Of a DNA stretch of 64,000 nt, positions 8,710 to 18,215 are shown piece after piece. Numbering within the stretch: position 1 is the stretch's first letter; each line of letters begins with the position of its first letter. The DNA is from Deltaproteobacteria bacterium. Its GTDB lineage: Bacteria; Myxococcota; Kuafuiibacteriia; Kuafuiibacteriales; Kuafuiibacteriaceae. The notes below the pieces were generated by a model, which did no database searches, was not told where the DNA came from, and saw only the letters and a program-made list of their open reading frames with translations. The stretch covers positions 384,001-448,000 of the forward strand of contig JAVJQW010000041.1 in the NCBI GenBank assembly GCA_040218735.1, read 5' to 3'. The translations under genes and the position numbers were made by a program.

Positions 8710-11700
8710 CAGAACCCGACGAAGTTGTTGAAGTACTCGTAGTACGCCAGGAGGATCTTCAACCCGAAGTTGTCGAGCGTCTCGCTCGCACCCGCGTTCA
8801 GGTCGTCGTTGTAGTCCCGGATGTACTGGAAGCTCACCGGGCTACGCGACTTGCCCGCCGTGAGGTGCCACCCCTGATCCGCCAGGTACGTGTACGTGTA
8901 CTCCTCGCCGTCGTGCACGAAGATCTGCTGCGTGTTGTCCGGCCCCGTCGCGCGGTCGACGATGTCGTCCCCGTACTCGGCCTGCAGCTCCTCGAGCGTC
9001 TCGAAGCGACGAATCGCGATGCGCTCCTTCAGCTCCACGCTCCCGACCAGGTTCGAGTTCGTCACCGACGAGAACAGGCCGATCGCGTAGTAACGGAACC
9101 ACGGGAACGTGTCGTAGGAGGCGCCGAGCATGTTGTCGAGGACCCGCTGCGACAGCGCCGCGTTCCGCGTGCCGAACGGCGCGTCGTACATCGCGACGTA
9201 CGTGAAGACGTCCGGGTTGTAGTTGTAGACCGCCTGCAGATCCATGAACGCAAACGTCGTGAAGAGTTTGTCCACGATGATGCCGATGCGCAGGATGTCG
9301 CCGTAGAAGGGGTCGAACTCCGTCTGGTAGTTCCGGTACGCCGCCGACTGGTTGATGACCGCGTCGTAGAACGCCATCGTCATGCCGATCGCCGCCTGGA
9401 TGTCGATGTAGAAGTCCATCGAGATCTCGTCGTACTCCGGGTCCGTGAGGACCGGGTCGCCGTTGACCTGATCGAGCTTCTTCAGCGTGCCCTGCACGCC
9501 GCCGCCGCCCCAGTCGAACAGGGCGAGGTACCACATGCGAAGCAGCGGGAAGACCGAGTTGTAGACGCTGTAGATGTAGCGGTTCGTATCCCAGAACGTG
9601 CGGTACGCGCGGCGGTTACGAATGCTGTAGAGCCAGTCGTAGCGCTCGATCGAGTTCAGCACGATCTGCGAGGGCGTCACGCCGAGGTCGTGCGCCTGGC
9701 ACAGCGGCGAACGCATCCGGTGCTCGTCGGTGCAGTACAGGAAGTCCTCTTCCATCATCTGCTCGCGCACCTCGTTCGTGCCGTAGATCCACTTGAGCGC
9801 GGCCTCGTCGTACTGACCCCAGCTACGGCCGGTGCCCGCCTCCTCGTAGGAGACGACGTAGTCCATCACCGACGCCGACAGCTCGTCCTCGCGCATGTGC
9901 TTCTTGTCGACCGAGCCGTAGAAGTTGTGACGCAGGCTGAGGTTGTGGCCGAGCTCGTGGATCGCCACGTTGAAGACCACGTCCTCGATGATGCGCTCCG
10001 AGTAGACCTCGTCCGACTCGAACTTCCCGTTCACGCAGCGACGCGCGCCGGTCGCGATCGCGGAGATCGCGTCGTTGGCGTCGAACACGTAGATGTTCTT
10101 CTTGCTGTGGAGGTACTCCTGGTCGGCCTCGAGCCGGTCGTGGTTCTTCCGCCACTCGCGGAAGTCGTCCATGAAGCCGAGCTGCGCTTCGATGCCGTCA
10201 CGCGAGTGCAGCGCGAGGCCCTGGAAGGGATCCTCGTTCAGCATGATGTTGGTCATCGCCTCGTTGAACTCACGCTCCGTCGCGAGGCGGTCGGTGAGGT
10301 TCGCGACCGGGCTGCGACCCTTCGGCAGGTAGACGTAGGGGTTCCAGGCCGGCTCCGCGTAGCGAATCTCACCGAGCGTGCGGTGGTAGTCGCTCAGGAA
10401 CTCTTCGCGCGCGGGCTCCGGCAGGAAGCCGTCCGTCGGCTGGCCGTTCTCGAGGTCCGGCTCCGCGAGCTCCATCGTGCGGCGCATCTCGCGGAAGATC
10501 TGCGTCTGCAGACGACCGGAGTTGTCGGCCGGGACCGCGGTCTGACCCGCTTCGCAGTCGACCTGCTCCCACGCGAGGTCCGCCGGCTTGCCGACGGCGC
10601 CGTTCGTCTCCAGGTAGTCCTGGATGAGGAAGCGGTAGTAGTCCATGCCCACGTTGTAGAGGTTCAGATTCGCGCTGATGATCTCACCCGTGCGCGGGTC
10701 CGAGGACGACGGCCCGTAACCGAGCAGCCCCTTCGTGGTGTCGATGTCCTGGTGCCACGCGACGAAGCTGAAGCGCGCGTCGCCGAAGTGACGCTCCATC
10801 GGCTCGCCGTCCGGTCCGGGCGCGTTCCACTCCTGGAAGTCGAAGCGCAGCGACGCGCCCGCCTCTTCGAGGATGCGGTTCGTGTCGGCCTTGATCTCCT
10901 GGAACATCGGCTTGAACCGCTCCGGGAAGCCCTCGATGAAGTAGAACACCACCGGATCGGTGCGGTTCGGGTTCCAGCGGTGCAGGAGCGCCTTCGCGGA
11001 GAGCAGACCCGTCTCCTCGTCGCGGAACACGTTGAAGCGCTTGAACGCGCCGTACTTCTTGTTGACCGGCGCCTTCTCCGCGATCTCCTCCATCGGGAAG
11101 TCCGGCGACGGGCCGGGGCGGAAGAAGCTCAGGCGGTAACGCACCGACGCGGTGCCGACGTCCGACGCGAGCGACACGAGGTCGTAGCAGCCGCCGAACC
11201 AGGTCAGGACATTCAGGTCGTACGTCACCTCGATGACGAACGACATGTACTGGTCGTCCGGATCCCACTCGAACGAGTCGGGCACCATGTGCGTCGAGAT
11301 CGTCCGCGCGCAGTCCTGCAGGAAGTCCCCGTAGAACCAAGCGATGTTGGTGATCGGGTCCATGTTGGTCCGCTCGAAGTCGACCGCGAAGTTCTGGCGC
11401 ATCTGCCAGGGCTCCTCGGTGTTCTCCTCGAGGAAGTTCGTTCGCTCGCCGTCGAGGCTCTCGCGGAGCTTGATGTCCACGTGCCGCCCGGTGAACTCGA
11501 ACATCACGCGCTCGTTGCTCGTCGCGAGGTCGTCGTTCGGGTCGCCGACGTCGTCGCTCTGCAGCTTCTGGCCGTCGACGACCTGAAGCGCGTTCTCGAC
11601 GAAGCGGAACTTCACGTACCGCATGTCCGACTCGAAGCCGGGGAACGTGTAGTCACCGACCACGTTCGGCGAGGACGCCGAGACGATCGTCGACTTGAAG

Positions 11701-11870
11701 AGCCACCCGTAGTCGTGGACGTCCTCGCCCATCTTCGGGTTGTGGGCCGTGAGGTCCGCCTTCGTCAGGTAGAGGTTCTCGTCCATCAACCCATTACGAA
11801 TGGGTCGGTGGTCGACACAGGCCGCCAGCACGACGGCCGCAGTGATGAAGCTGATCTGGGTCCGATTCAT
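8709..11870 (-). CDS. Zinc-dependent metalloprotease lipoprotein (metzincin, EcxA/DUF4953-like)
   Basis: VLAAC lipobox; GYGPSSSDPRTGEIISA; HELGHNLSLRHNF zinc motif; SVMDY Met-turn; AAGGAG RBS before ATG 11870. Confidence 0.88.
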   Translation of the reverse strand: MNRTQISFITAAVVLAACVDHRPIRNGLMDENLYLTKADLTAHNPKMGEDVHDYGWLFKSTIVSASSPNVVGDYTFPGFESDMRYVKFRFVENALQVVDGQKLQSDDVGDPNDDLATSNERVMFEFTGRHVDIKLRESLDGERTNFLEENTEEPWQMRQNFAVDFERTNMDPITNIAWFYGDFLQDCARTISTHMVPDSFEWDPDDQYMSFVIEVTYDLNVLTWFGGCYDLVSLASDVGTASVRYRLSFFRPGPSPDFPMEEIAEKAPVNKKYGAFKRFNVFRDEETGLLSAKALLHRWNPNRTDPVVFYFIEGFPERFKPMFQEIKADTNRILEEAGASLRFDFQEWNAPGPDGEPMERHFGDARFSFVAWHQDIDTTKGLLGYGPSSSDPRTGEIISANLNLYNVGMDYYRFLIQDYLETNGAVGKPADLAWEQVDCEAGQTAVPADNSGRLQTQIFREMRRTMELAEPDLENGQPTDGFLPEPAREEFLSDYHRTLGEIRYAEPAWNPYVYLPKGRSPVANLTDRLATEREFNEAMTNIMLNEDPFQGLALHSRDGIEAQLGFMDDFREWRKNHDRLEADQEYLHSKKNIYVFDANDAISAIATGARRCVNGKFESDEVYSERIIEDVVFNVAIHELGHNLSLRHNFYGSVDKKHMREDELSASVMDYVVSYEEAGTGRSWGQYDEAALKWIYGTNEVREQMMEEDFLYCTDEHRMRSPLCQAHDLGVTPSQIVLNSIERYDWLYSIRNRRAYRTFWDTNRYIYSVYNSVFPLLRMWYLALFDWGGGGVQGTLKKLDQVNGDPVLTDPEYDEISMDFYIDIQAAIGMTMAFYDAVINQSAAYRNYQTEFDPFYGDILRIGIIVDKLFTTFAFMDLQAVYNYNPDVFTYVAMYDAPFGTRNAALSQRVLDNMLGASYDTFPWFRYYAIGLFSSVTNSNLVGSVELKERIAIRRFETLEELQAEYGDDIVDRATGPDNTQQIFVHDGEEYTYTYLADQGWHLTAGKSRSPVSFQYIRDYNDDLNAGASETLDNFGLKILLAYYEYFNNFVGF

Positions 11871-11884
11871 CGCTTCGGTCCTCC

Positions 11885-14197
11885 TTACTGCCACGCCGAC
11901 GCGGTGACCGCGCGGCCGTTCACGACGATGGCCTGCGTACGGTTGGCCAGCGACGTCACGCTCAGGAGGACGTTGCCGTTCTCCGAGTAGTTGAACACGA
12001 GCTCACAGTCTCGGTACGCCGACACCGGCACCGACTTCTCCCACGCCGCGAGCTTCTCGCGGACGTTGTCGCCGTAGGCGATGTCGAGCCCGTTGCAGAG
12101 CGGCAGCGTCCCCTTGAACGTGCCCATGTTGACCCGGCTGAGGACGCCGAGCTCGTCGATGTACCCGAGGACGACCGACTCCTTGCCGTACAGACGCACG
12201 ACGTTGGCCGGGACGAACTCGAAGCGCTCGCCGCGGATCTGCTTGGAGTAGCCGTTGAGGTCCTCGATCGGATCGCCGGAGACGGTGATCGTCTCGTTGG
12301 AGCCGACGCCCGTGGCGTAGCGCAGCCGCAGCGTCGCGAGCTGACGGTCGTAGGAGATGACCGACAGGTCCGTCGCGCCGAGCGACAGCATGTGCCCTTC
12401 GCGGAGGACGTCGCCGAACTCGAAGTACGCGTTGCCGGAGCCGCTGGCGGCGAGCGCGCCGTTGATCAGCGTGTCGATGTCGCTGTAGCCGCGGCTCGTC
12501 GTCACGAACGACAGTCCGCCGTAGTCGAGGCTGTACTGCGCCTGGACGCGAATCGGATCCGCGCCGTTCATGAAGTGCGCGGTGCCGATCGACCACCGGC
12601 GGTCGTCGGTGCTGTAGAGCGCGATGAACGTCTCGGCGTTGTTGGTGCCGCCGTGCGTGAACGCATCGAGCAGCGCGAGGGTGTACGCCTCGAGGTAGTA
12701 CAGCTCGTCGCGCGCGCGCGGGTCGAGCATCTCACGCTCCTCGGTGCTGAGGGTTTCGTAGGTCGCCAGGACGTCCGCGACGATCGCCGGCACGAAGTTC
12801 AGCTCGTCGTCGTCGACGAGCTGGCCGATGCGCTGCGGGGTGTCGTCCGTGAAGTTCGACGTGTCGACCGTGTACGTCCAGAACGGGTGCGACGTCACCG
12901 GCGTGCTCGTTCCGGTCGCGACGATCGCGTCGCGCATCCGCTCCTGCAGCCGCGTCGCGAAGCCGTTCGCCAGCGTCTGCGGGCGGAACTCGTCGACCAC
13001 GGCCGCGTTCGAACGCGAGAAGGAGATGCCGTACAGCGTGTCGGTGTCGAGCGGCTGCTCGCCGTCCCGGAACACCGGCTGCTGGGACGTCGGCCGGAGG
13101 AAGTCGAGGTACATCGTGTTGAACTCGACCGAGACCGCGTCGCGCGAGGTGTCGACGTTGTAGTTGACGCGGTTGATGACGCGCTCGTCACCGGACGCGA
13201 TGCAGTTCTCCTTGAACTGGGCCCACGTCAGGTTCGCGGTGAGGTCGAGCGAGCAGTTCTGCCGCAGCGCGCTGTCGTAGGTGACGGCGACGTTCGTGCC
13301 GTCGGGCGCGAACGCGATCGTGCCGCCGCTCTCGAACGGCGCCGAGCGCACCGGCTCGATGTACACGAAGGTGACGCCGCCTTCGGGCGTGAGGCGAATC
13401 TGCCAGCCCGAGTCGGGGAACCAGATGAACGTGTCCTGCGCCGTCGAGTCGTTCGACGTCGTGTAGATCAGGTTGCACGTCTGGGCCTCGAAACAATCGT
13501 AGTCGTCCGGGAAGGGCTGGGCGTCGAAGAACGTTTCGCGAACGGCACGGTAGATCTTCGAAGCGTTCGCGGGGTTCATCCACGCCGTCGCCTCGTTGGG
13601 CGCCGCCGCGCGGCTCGCGTACCGGTCGAGCTCGACGCCGTCGAGCTTCACGGGCTCGCGCGTCTTGATCTCGAGCGTCCCGGTCGAGCCGTCTTCGTTC
13701 GTGTACGAAGCGGTCATCGTGCCGAGGTACTGCTGGTAAGCCATGATGCCCGTGACGAGCCGCGTCTCCTGGTCGAACCAGACGATCAGCTCGTCGGTGG
13801 GACCCCAGGTGAACGCGTCGGCGTACACACCGGTCGGATCGCAGAACTTCCCGTCATCGGGGTGACCCAGGAGGTCGTCCGCGGGCAGCGGCGTATCCCC
13901 GGGGCCCCACAGCGGCACGCCGCCGACCGAGACGTCCGGGATGATCGGCTCCACGATCATCTGCTGGATGAGGTTCGTCGTGAGCTCCTCGTCGCAGAAC
14001 TTGGCGCGACCGATGGAGTCACCGCCCTGACTGACGAACCCTTTCTCCCCCTCCTGCGTCCACGGACCCGAGTCGGGTTCGTAGCCGTTTTGGGGGGCGG
14101 GGTCGCCCTCGAACGGGGTGAACAGTTGGTCTGGTCCGTCTTCGCAGCCGAAAGTGAACGCCGATCCGATGAAGAGAACGGGCAGCAACCTGCGCAT
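11885..14197 (-). CDS. Large hypothetical lipoprotein, first gene of the metalloprotease operon
   Basis: AGGAGG RBS; MRRLLPVLFIGSAFTFGC lipobox; strong codon bias. Confidence 0.8.
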   Translation of the reverse strand: MRRLLPVLFIGSAFTFGCEDGPDQLFTPFEGDPAPQNGYEPDSGPWTQEGEKGFVSQGGDSIGRAKFCDEELTTNLIQQMIVEPIIPDVSVGGVPLWGPGDTPLPADDLLGHPDDGKFCDPTGVYADAFTWGPTDELIVWFDQETRLVTGIMAYQQYLGTMTASYTNEDGSTGTLEIKTREPVKLDGVELDRYASRAAAPNEATAWMNPANASKIYRAVRETFFDAQPFPDDYDCFEAQTCNLIYTTSNDSTAQDTFIWFPDSGWQIRLTPEGGVTFVYIEPVRSAPFESGGTIAFAPDGTNVAVTYDSALRQNCSLDLTANLTWAQFKENCIASGDERVINRVNYNVDTSRDAVSVEFNTMYLDFLRPTSQQPVFRDGEQPLDTDTLYGISFSRSNAAVVDEFRPQTLANGFATRLQERMRDAIVATGTSTPVTSHPFWTYTVDTSNFTDDTPQRIGQLVDDDELNFVPAIVADVLATYETLSTEEREMLDPRARDELYYLEAYTLALLDAFTHGGTNNAETFIALYSTDDRRWSIGTAHFMNGADPIRVQAQYSLDYGGLSFVTTSRGYSDIDTLINGALAASGSGNAYFEFGDVLREGHMLSLGATDLSVISYDRQLATLRLRYATGVGSNETITVSGDPIEDLNGYSKQIRGERFEFVPANVVRLYGKESVVLGYIDELGVLSRVNMGTFKGTLPLCNGLDIAYGDNVREKLAAWEKSVPVSAYRDCELVFNYSENGNVLLSVTSLANRTQAIVVNGRAVTASAWQ

Positions 14198-14340
14198 GAA
14201 GTAGCCTCCTCGAGTCATGAAATGCCTGCCGGTGGGCCACACAGCCACCGTGGAGTGGAAACCGCAAGCGTAAAAACGTCACCTACATGTCGCACCGGTC
14301 GACGATCCAAGGGCCGTCCGGCGGAGCCTGGACAGGGCGT

Positions 14341-15720
14341 TCAGGCGGCGAGGAGGCGGGCCGGACGGGCCCGCGGGAGCAGCAGCTGAAACGTCGATCC
14401 GACCGGGGTCGGCACGTACAGAACCCGGCCGCCGAGCTCCTCCGCGGTCTGGCGAACCGCGTACAGACCGAGCCCCGAGCCGGGCGCGACCCGCGGGTGG
14501 AACCGCTCGAACATCGCGAACAGCTTGGGACGGCAGCGCTCCGGGATACCGAGACCATTGTCCTCCACGGCGATCCGGACGTGGTCGCCCTCCGCACACG
14601 CCGTCACCCGGACATAGGGGCGATCGGCATCGGGGGCGTGGAAGGTCACGGCGTTGCCGATCAGGTTCTCGAGCATCAACCGGAGGTCCGGCGGCGCCGC
14701 GAGCACGTGCAGGTCCGCGGGCACCTCGACCGAGAGCTCGACGCGCCCGAGGCCGACGGTGCTCTCGAGGTAGGTGCGGACATTCGACGCCGCGGCCAGC
14801 ACGGCCTGGGGCGCGGGGCTCCCCCGCTCCAGACGGACCCGGGAGAGCTTGGTGATGTCCGTGACCACGTGACCGAGGCGCCCGAGCGCCGTGGTCAGGT
14901 GGGTGAGCGCATCCTCGCGGGTCTCGGGGTCCGACAGCCCGAGGAGCTCCGCGAGCGTCGCCGCGGTGCGCACCGGGCCTGCGAGATCGTGGGAGACACG
15001 ATACGTGAACGCCGCCATCTCCTCCTTGGATCGCTCCAGCGCCGACGTCGCCGACTCGATGCGCCGGACCATCGGGCGGAAGATGAGCAGCGCCTCGAGG
15101 AGGAGCACGAGGATGCCCAGACCGAAGAAGCCGCGGTCGACGAGCTGGAGTCGAGCGAGCTTGGCCTCCGCGTCGAGCTGAAGCGTCGTCACGACGTCGT
15201 CGAGGCGGGGGAGCAGCATCGCCTGCTCCGCGAACAGCGCGTCGGCGAGCGACGCCGACGCTGGCTCCGGCGCGGCGGCGACCCGACGCGCCGTCAGCAG
15301 GAACGCGCGTACGTCGGCGTCGAGGCGTGCGTCGGAGAAGTAGAGCGCTTCGACTTGGTCGTCGTCGAGCACCCGCTCACCCCCGCCGGTCCGCCCCGAC
15401 GCGAGGACGGCGTGGTTCGACGCCATGCGGTCGATGGCGACGGTCAGCCGTTGGCTGGCCGCCCGCCGCGCCTCCGGGGATGCAGCCGTCGTCGCGACGT
15501 TCGCGTAGAGGGCGACCCGCTGCGACAACATGCGTTGCATGCCGCTGATGTTGACGACGTAGGCGTCCGCGTCGTTGTGCGCGAGGTGCCGACCCAACAC
15601 GAAGTGCGTGACCACGAGGACGGACGCGAGGAGGCCGAGCGCGACGATGTAGCGGCGGGTGAGGCGGCGCCCGATCGCCCGTGCGGTCGGGCTCGACGCG
15701 GATGGGTTGGCGGACCGCAC
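14341..15720 (-). CDS. Sensor histidine kinase with NarX/PilJ-type periplasmic four-helix sensor
   Basis: Two TMs; P-box-like DAYVVNISGMQRMLSQR; H-box VSHDLAGP; ENLIGNA, EDNGLGI and GSGLGL boxes. Confidence 0.88.
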   Translation of the reverse strand: MRSANPSASSPTARAIGRRLTRRYIVALGLLASVLVVTHFVLGRHLAHNDADAYVVNISGMQRMLSQRVALYANVATTAASPEARRAASQRLTVAIDRMASNHAVLASGRTGGGERVLDDDQVEALYFSDARLDADVRAFLLTARRVAAAPEPASASLADALFAEQAMLLPRLDDVVTTLQLDAEAKLARLQLVDRGFFGLGILVLLLEALLIFRPMVRRIESATSALERSKEEMAAFTYRVSHDLAGPVRTAATLAELLGLSDPETREDALTHLTTALGRLGHVVTDITKLSRVRLERGSPAPQAVLAAASNVRTYLESTVGLGRVELSVEVPADLHVLAAPPDLRLMLENLIGNAVTFHAPDADRPYVRVTACAEGDHVRIAVEDNGLGIPERCRPKLFAMFERFHPRVAPGSGLGLYAVRQTAEELGGRVLYVPTPVGSTFQLLLPRARPARLLAA

Positions 15721-15787
15721 CGATTCTCAGGAACGTCCGTGCGTCGAGCGAATCGAGTCGCGAATCCCTCGACCGTATCGATTCGGC

Positions 15788-17110
15788 TCACACGCTGCGT
15801 GACCCCTGCCCGGGCTGGGCGTAGGGGTCGAGGGTCATCGCGACGTTGCGGACGAAGGGGCGACCCAGCGGCGTGACCGCGAGGCGCCGGCCGTCGAGCT
15901 CGACGACGCCGTCGTCGATCATGCGCTCCAGGTCCGACGAGGGCTCGAGGTCTTCGTACAGCTCGGTCTCGAACCGGCACAACAGATCGCGGATCAGGTC
16001 GGCGCGGCGGTTGTCCTCGGCGTCGCGCACGTGACCTCGGATCGTCGCGAGCTCTCCGCGTTCGATACATTCGGTATAACGCTGCAGCTGCGGTTCGTTC
16101 TGCGCGTACGCGCCGCCCACGTCGCTGATCGACGTGACGCCGAGGCCGACCGTGCTGTCGGGCGGGTCCACGGTGTAGCCCTGGAACGTCCGGTTGAGCG
16201 TCCCCGCCTCGGCGGCGATCGCGAGCGGGTCGTCGACGCGGGCGAAGTGGTCCATGCCGATCGCGACGTACCCGGCGGACGTCAGCCGCTCGTAGGCCTG
16301 CTCGTACAACGCGAGCTTCTCCGCGCCGAAGGGGATCTCGGCGATCGGGAGCCGACGCTGGTGCCCGAGCCGCGCCGGGAGGTGCGCGAAGGCGTACGTC
16401 GCGATGCGATCCGGGAGCAACGCGACGACGTTCTCCAGCGTGGTCGCCCACGACGCCGTCGTCTGGTGCGGGAGCCCGTAGATGAGGTCGAAGTTGAGGC
16501 CCGCGTAGCCGAGGTCCTGCACCGCCGTCACCAGCTTGGCGACTTCGTTGACCGGGTGCTCGCGCGCGATGGTGTTCTGCACCAGCGGGTCGAAGTCCTG
16601 GATGCCCATCGACACGCGCGTGAACCCGAAGCGACGGAGCGCCGTGAGCTGGGCGATCGTCGTGACGCGGGGATCGACTTCGATGCTGAGGTCCGCATCG
16701 CCCTGGAGGGCGAAGGTGTCCGCGACGATCCGGAGCGCGCGCTCGAGCTGCGGGATGGTGAGGAACGTCGGCGTGCCGCCGCCCCAGTGCATCGCCCTGA
16801 GGTCCGGGCGGTGTCCGATGGCCTCGACGAGGAGCCGCGCCTCCGCTTCGACGGTGTCGAGGTACTTGTCGGCGCGCGCGCGGTTCTTGGTGACGGTGAC
16901 GTTGCACCCGCAGAACGCGCAGCGCGCCTCGCAGAAGGGGAGGTGGACGTAGAGGCCGACCGCCTCGTCCGGGCGGATGCGGGCGAGCGCGGCGCGGAAC
17001 TGGGCGGGCCCGAAGTCGTCCGACCACGCGGGGACCGTCGGGTAGCTCGTGTAGCGCGGCGCGGGGACGTCGTAGCGTTCGATCAGGGGGCCACGGGCGG
17101 ACGAAGGCAT
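15788..17110 (-). CDS. hemN: Oxygen-independent coproporphyrinogen III oxidase (radical SAM)
   Basis: PRYTSYPT; YVHLPFCEARCAFCGC; HWGGGTPT; DLIYGLPHQT; IGMDHFA; RTFQGYT. Confidence 0.95.
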   Translation of the reverse strand: MPSSARGPLIERYDVPAPRYTSYPTVPAWSDDFGPAQFRAALARIRPDEAVGLYVHLPFCEARCAFCGCNVTVTKNRARADKYLDTVEAEARLLVEAIGHRPDLRAMHWGGGTPTFLTIPQLERALRIVADTFALQGDADLSIEVDPRVTTIAQLTALRRFGFTRVSMGIQDFDPLVQNTIAREHPVNEVAKLVTAVQDLGYAGLNFDLIYGLPHQTTASWATTLENVVALLPDRIATYAFAHLPARLGHQRRLPIAEIPFGAEKLALYEQAYERLTSAGYVAIGMDHFARVDDPLAIAAEAGTLNRTFQGYTVDPPDSTVGLGVTSISDVGGAYAQNEPQLQRYTECIERGELATIRGHVRDAEDNRRADLIRDLLCRFETELYEDLEPSSDLERMIDDGVVELDGRRLAVTPLGRPFVRNVAMTLDPYAQPGQGSRSV

Positions 17111-17123
17111 GACCTGCCGTTTG

Positions 17124-17138
17124 GCAATTCGCGTGCCC
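17124..17138 (-). promoter_or_regulatory. Possible sigma-54 promoter for hemN
   Basis: Minus strand GGGCACGCGAATTGC (GG-N10-GC), 13 nt upstream of the hemN ATG. Confidence 0.45.
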
Positions 17139-17226
17139 GGCGTGGCGACGACGGGGCGGGCGCTTCGTGTTTCGAATTCGTAACGCCGGTGGGCGCGGGG
17201 CGGGCGGGTCTGGTAGTCGAGCGCCC

Positions 17227-17664
17227 ATGGAATCTGCCGCCAGGATCTACGCCGGGCCGATCGTCGTGACGCTCGTGTACCTGCTCCTCTACTACCTCTT
17301 CCAGCTCCACATCATGCGCGTGAAGGGGCGGCTGGTGAAGGAGTACAAGGCGCGCGGCGAGAAGTTCGACCGCTACTTCGGACAGGACCGGCACATGCTG
17401 GCGGCCGATCGGATCCAGCTCAACATGCTCGAGCACATGCCGCCGTTCTTGATCCTGCTGTGGCTCGCGGCGGTGTTCGTCGAGCCGTTCTTCGCGACGG
17501 TCGTCGGCGGTGTGTATGTCGCCGCGCGCGCGCTGTATCCGTTCTTGATGGGCGCGCGTCTCGGGCGCGGCATCCAGGCGCGGATCCTGATCGCGACGGT
17601 GACCGGCTACCTGGCGCTCGTCGCGTTGATGGGCGGCCTGGTCTGGCGGATGGTGGGCGCATGA
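17227..17664 (+). CDS. MAPEG family membrane protein
   Basis: About four TMs; ADRIQLNMLEHMPPF and VYVAARALY motifs. Confidence 0.8.
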   Translation: MESAARIYAGPIVVTLVYLLLYYLFQLHIMRVKGRLVKEYKARGEKFDRYFGQDRHMLAADRIQLNMLEHMPPFLILLWLAAVFVEPFFATVVGGVYVAARALYPFLMGARLGRGIQARILIATVTGYLALVALMGGLVWRMVGA

Positions 17665-18122
17665 GGTTCGCGCTCGCGCTGCTGTGTCTGCTCCTCCCTT
17701 CCGTCGCGTCCGCGAAGACGGTGAAGAGCGCGGACGCGAAGGTCCCGGTCGCGCGTGTGGTGAAGATCGTCGAGCTGGTCGACAAGCCGCACATCAAGGT
17801 GAACCTCGTCGTGCAGGACCTCGGTGGCTCGACGGACGTCAGCCCGACGCAGCGGCTGTTCTTCACGCTGTACTCGAAGGGCGAGATGTTCAGCACGGAC
17901 GCCGCGTTCGATCTGGGGCCGGTGTTCGGCGTGAAGTCCGCGAAGCGCAAGAGCGGCGGCGTCTACGAGGTCACGCTCGACGACGGCTTCACGGGGAAGA
18001 CGAAGACGATGACGGTCGACGCGCGCGAGGCGATCGTCGCGATGAAGAAGGTGTCGTGCGACGACTTCGACTGCGCCGCGTCGAAGGACTTCGCCGCGAC
18101 GATCGAAGTCTCGGGCCCCTGA
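17661..18122 (+). CDS. Hypothetical secreted protein
   Basis: ATGA overlap with the MAPEG gene; signal peptide MRFALALLCLLLPSVASA. Confidence 0.75.
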   Translation: MRFALALLCLLLPSVASAKTVKSADAKVPVARVVKIVELVDKPHIKVNLVVQDLGGSTDVSPTQRLFFTLYSKGEMFSTDAAFDLGPVFGVKSAKRKSGGVYEVTLDDGFTGKTKTMTVDAREAIVAMKKVSCDDFDCAASKDFAATIEVSGP

Positions 18123-18215
18123 ACGCCCCGCGGGCACACCCCGTGCCGCACCGCGGCACCTGCGCGCGGGTGTCCGGCAGATGACCGACCCCGGGTTCGC
18201 TCGCCGGTTGATCCG

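Noticed and set aside
8865-11990. 1041-aa plus-strand ORF, and similar long antisense ORFs at 12392-14389, 28725-30023, 41609-44977 and 48188-50653
   Set aside because: Shadow ORFs opposite well-supported genes; expected at this GC content; Arg/Val-rich with no motifs
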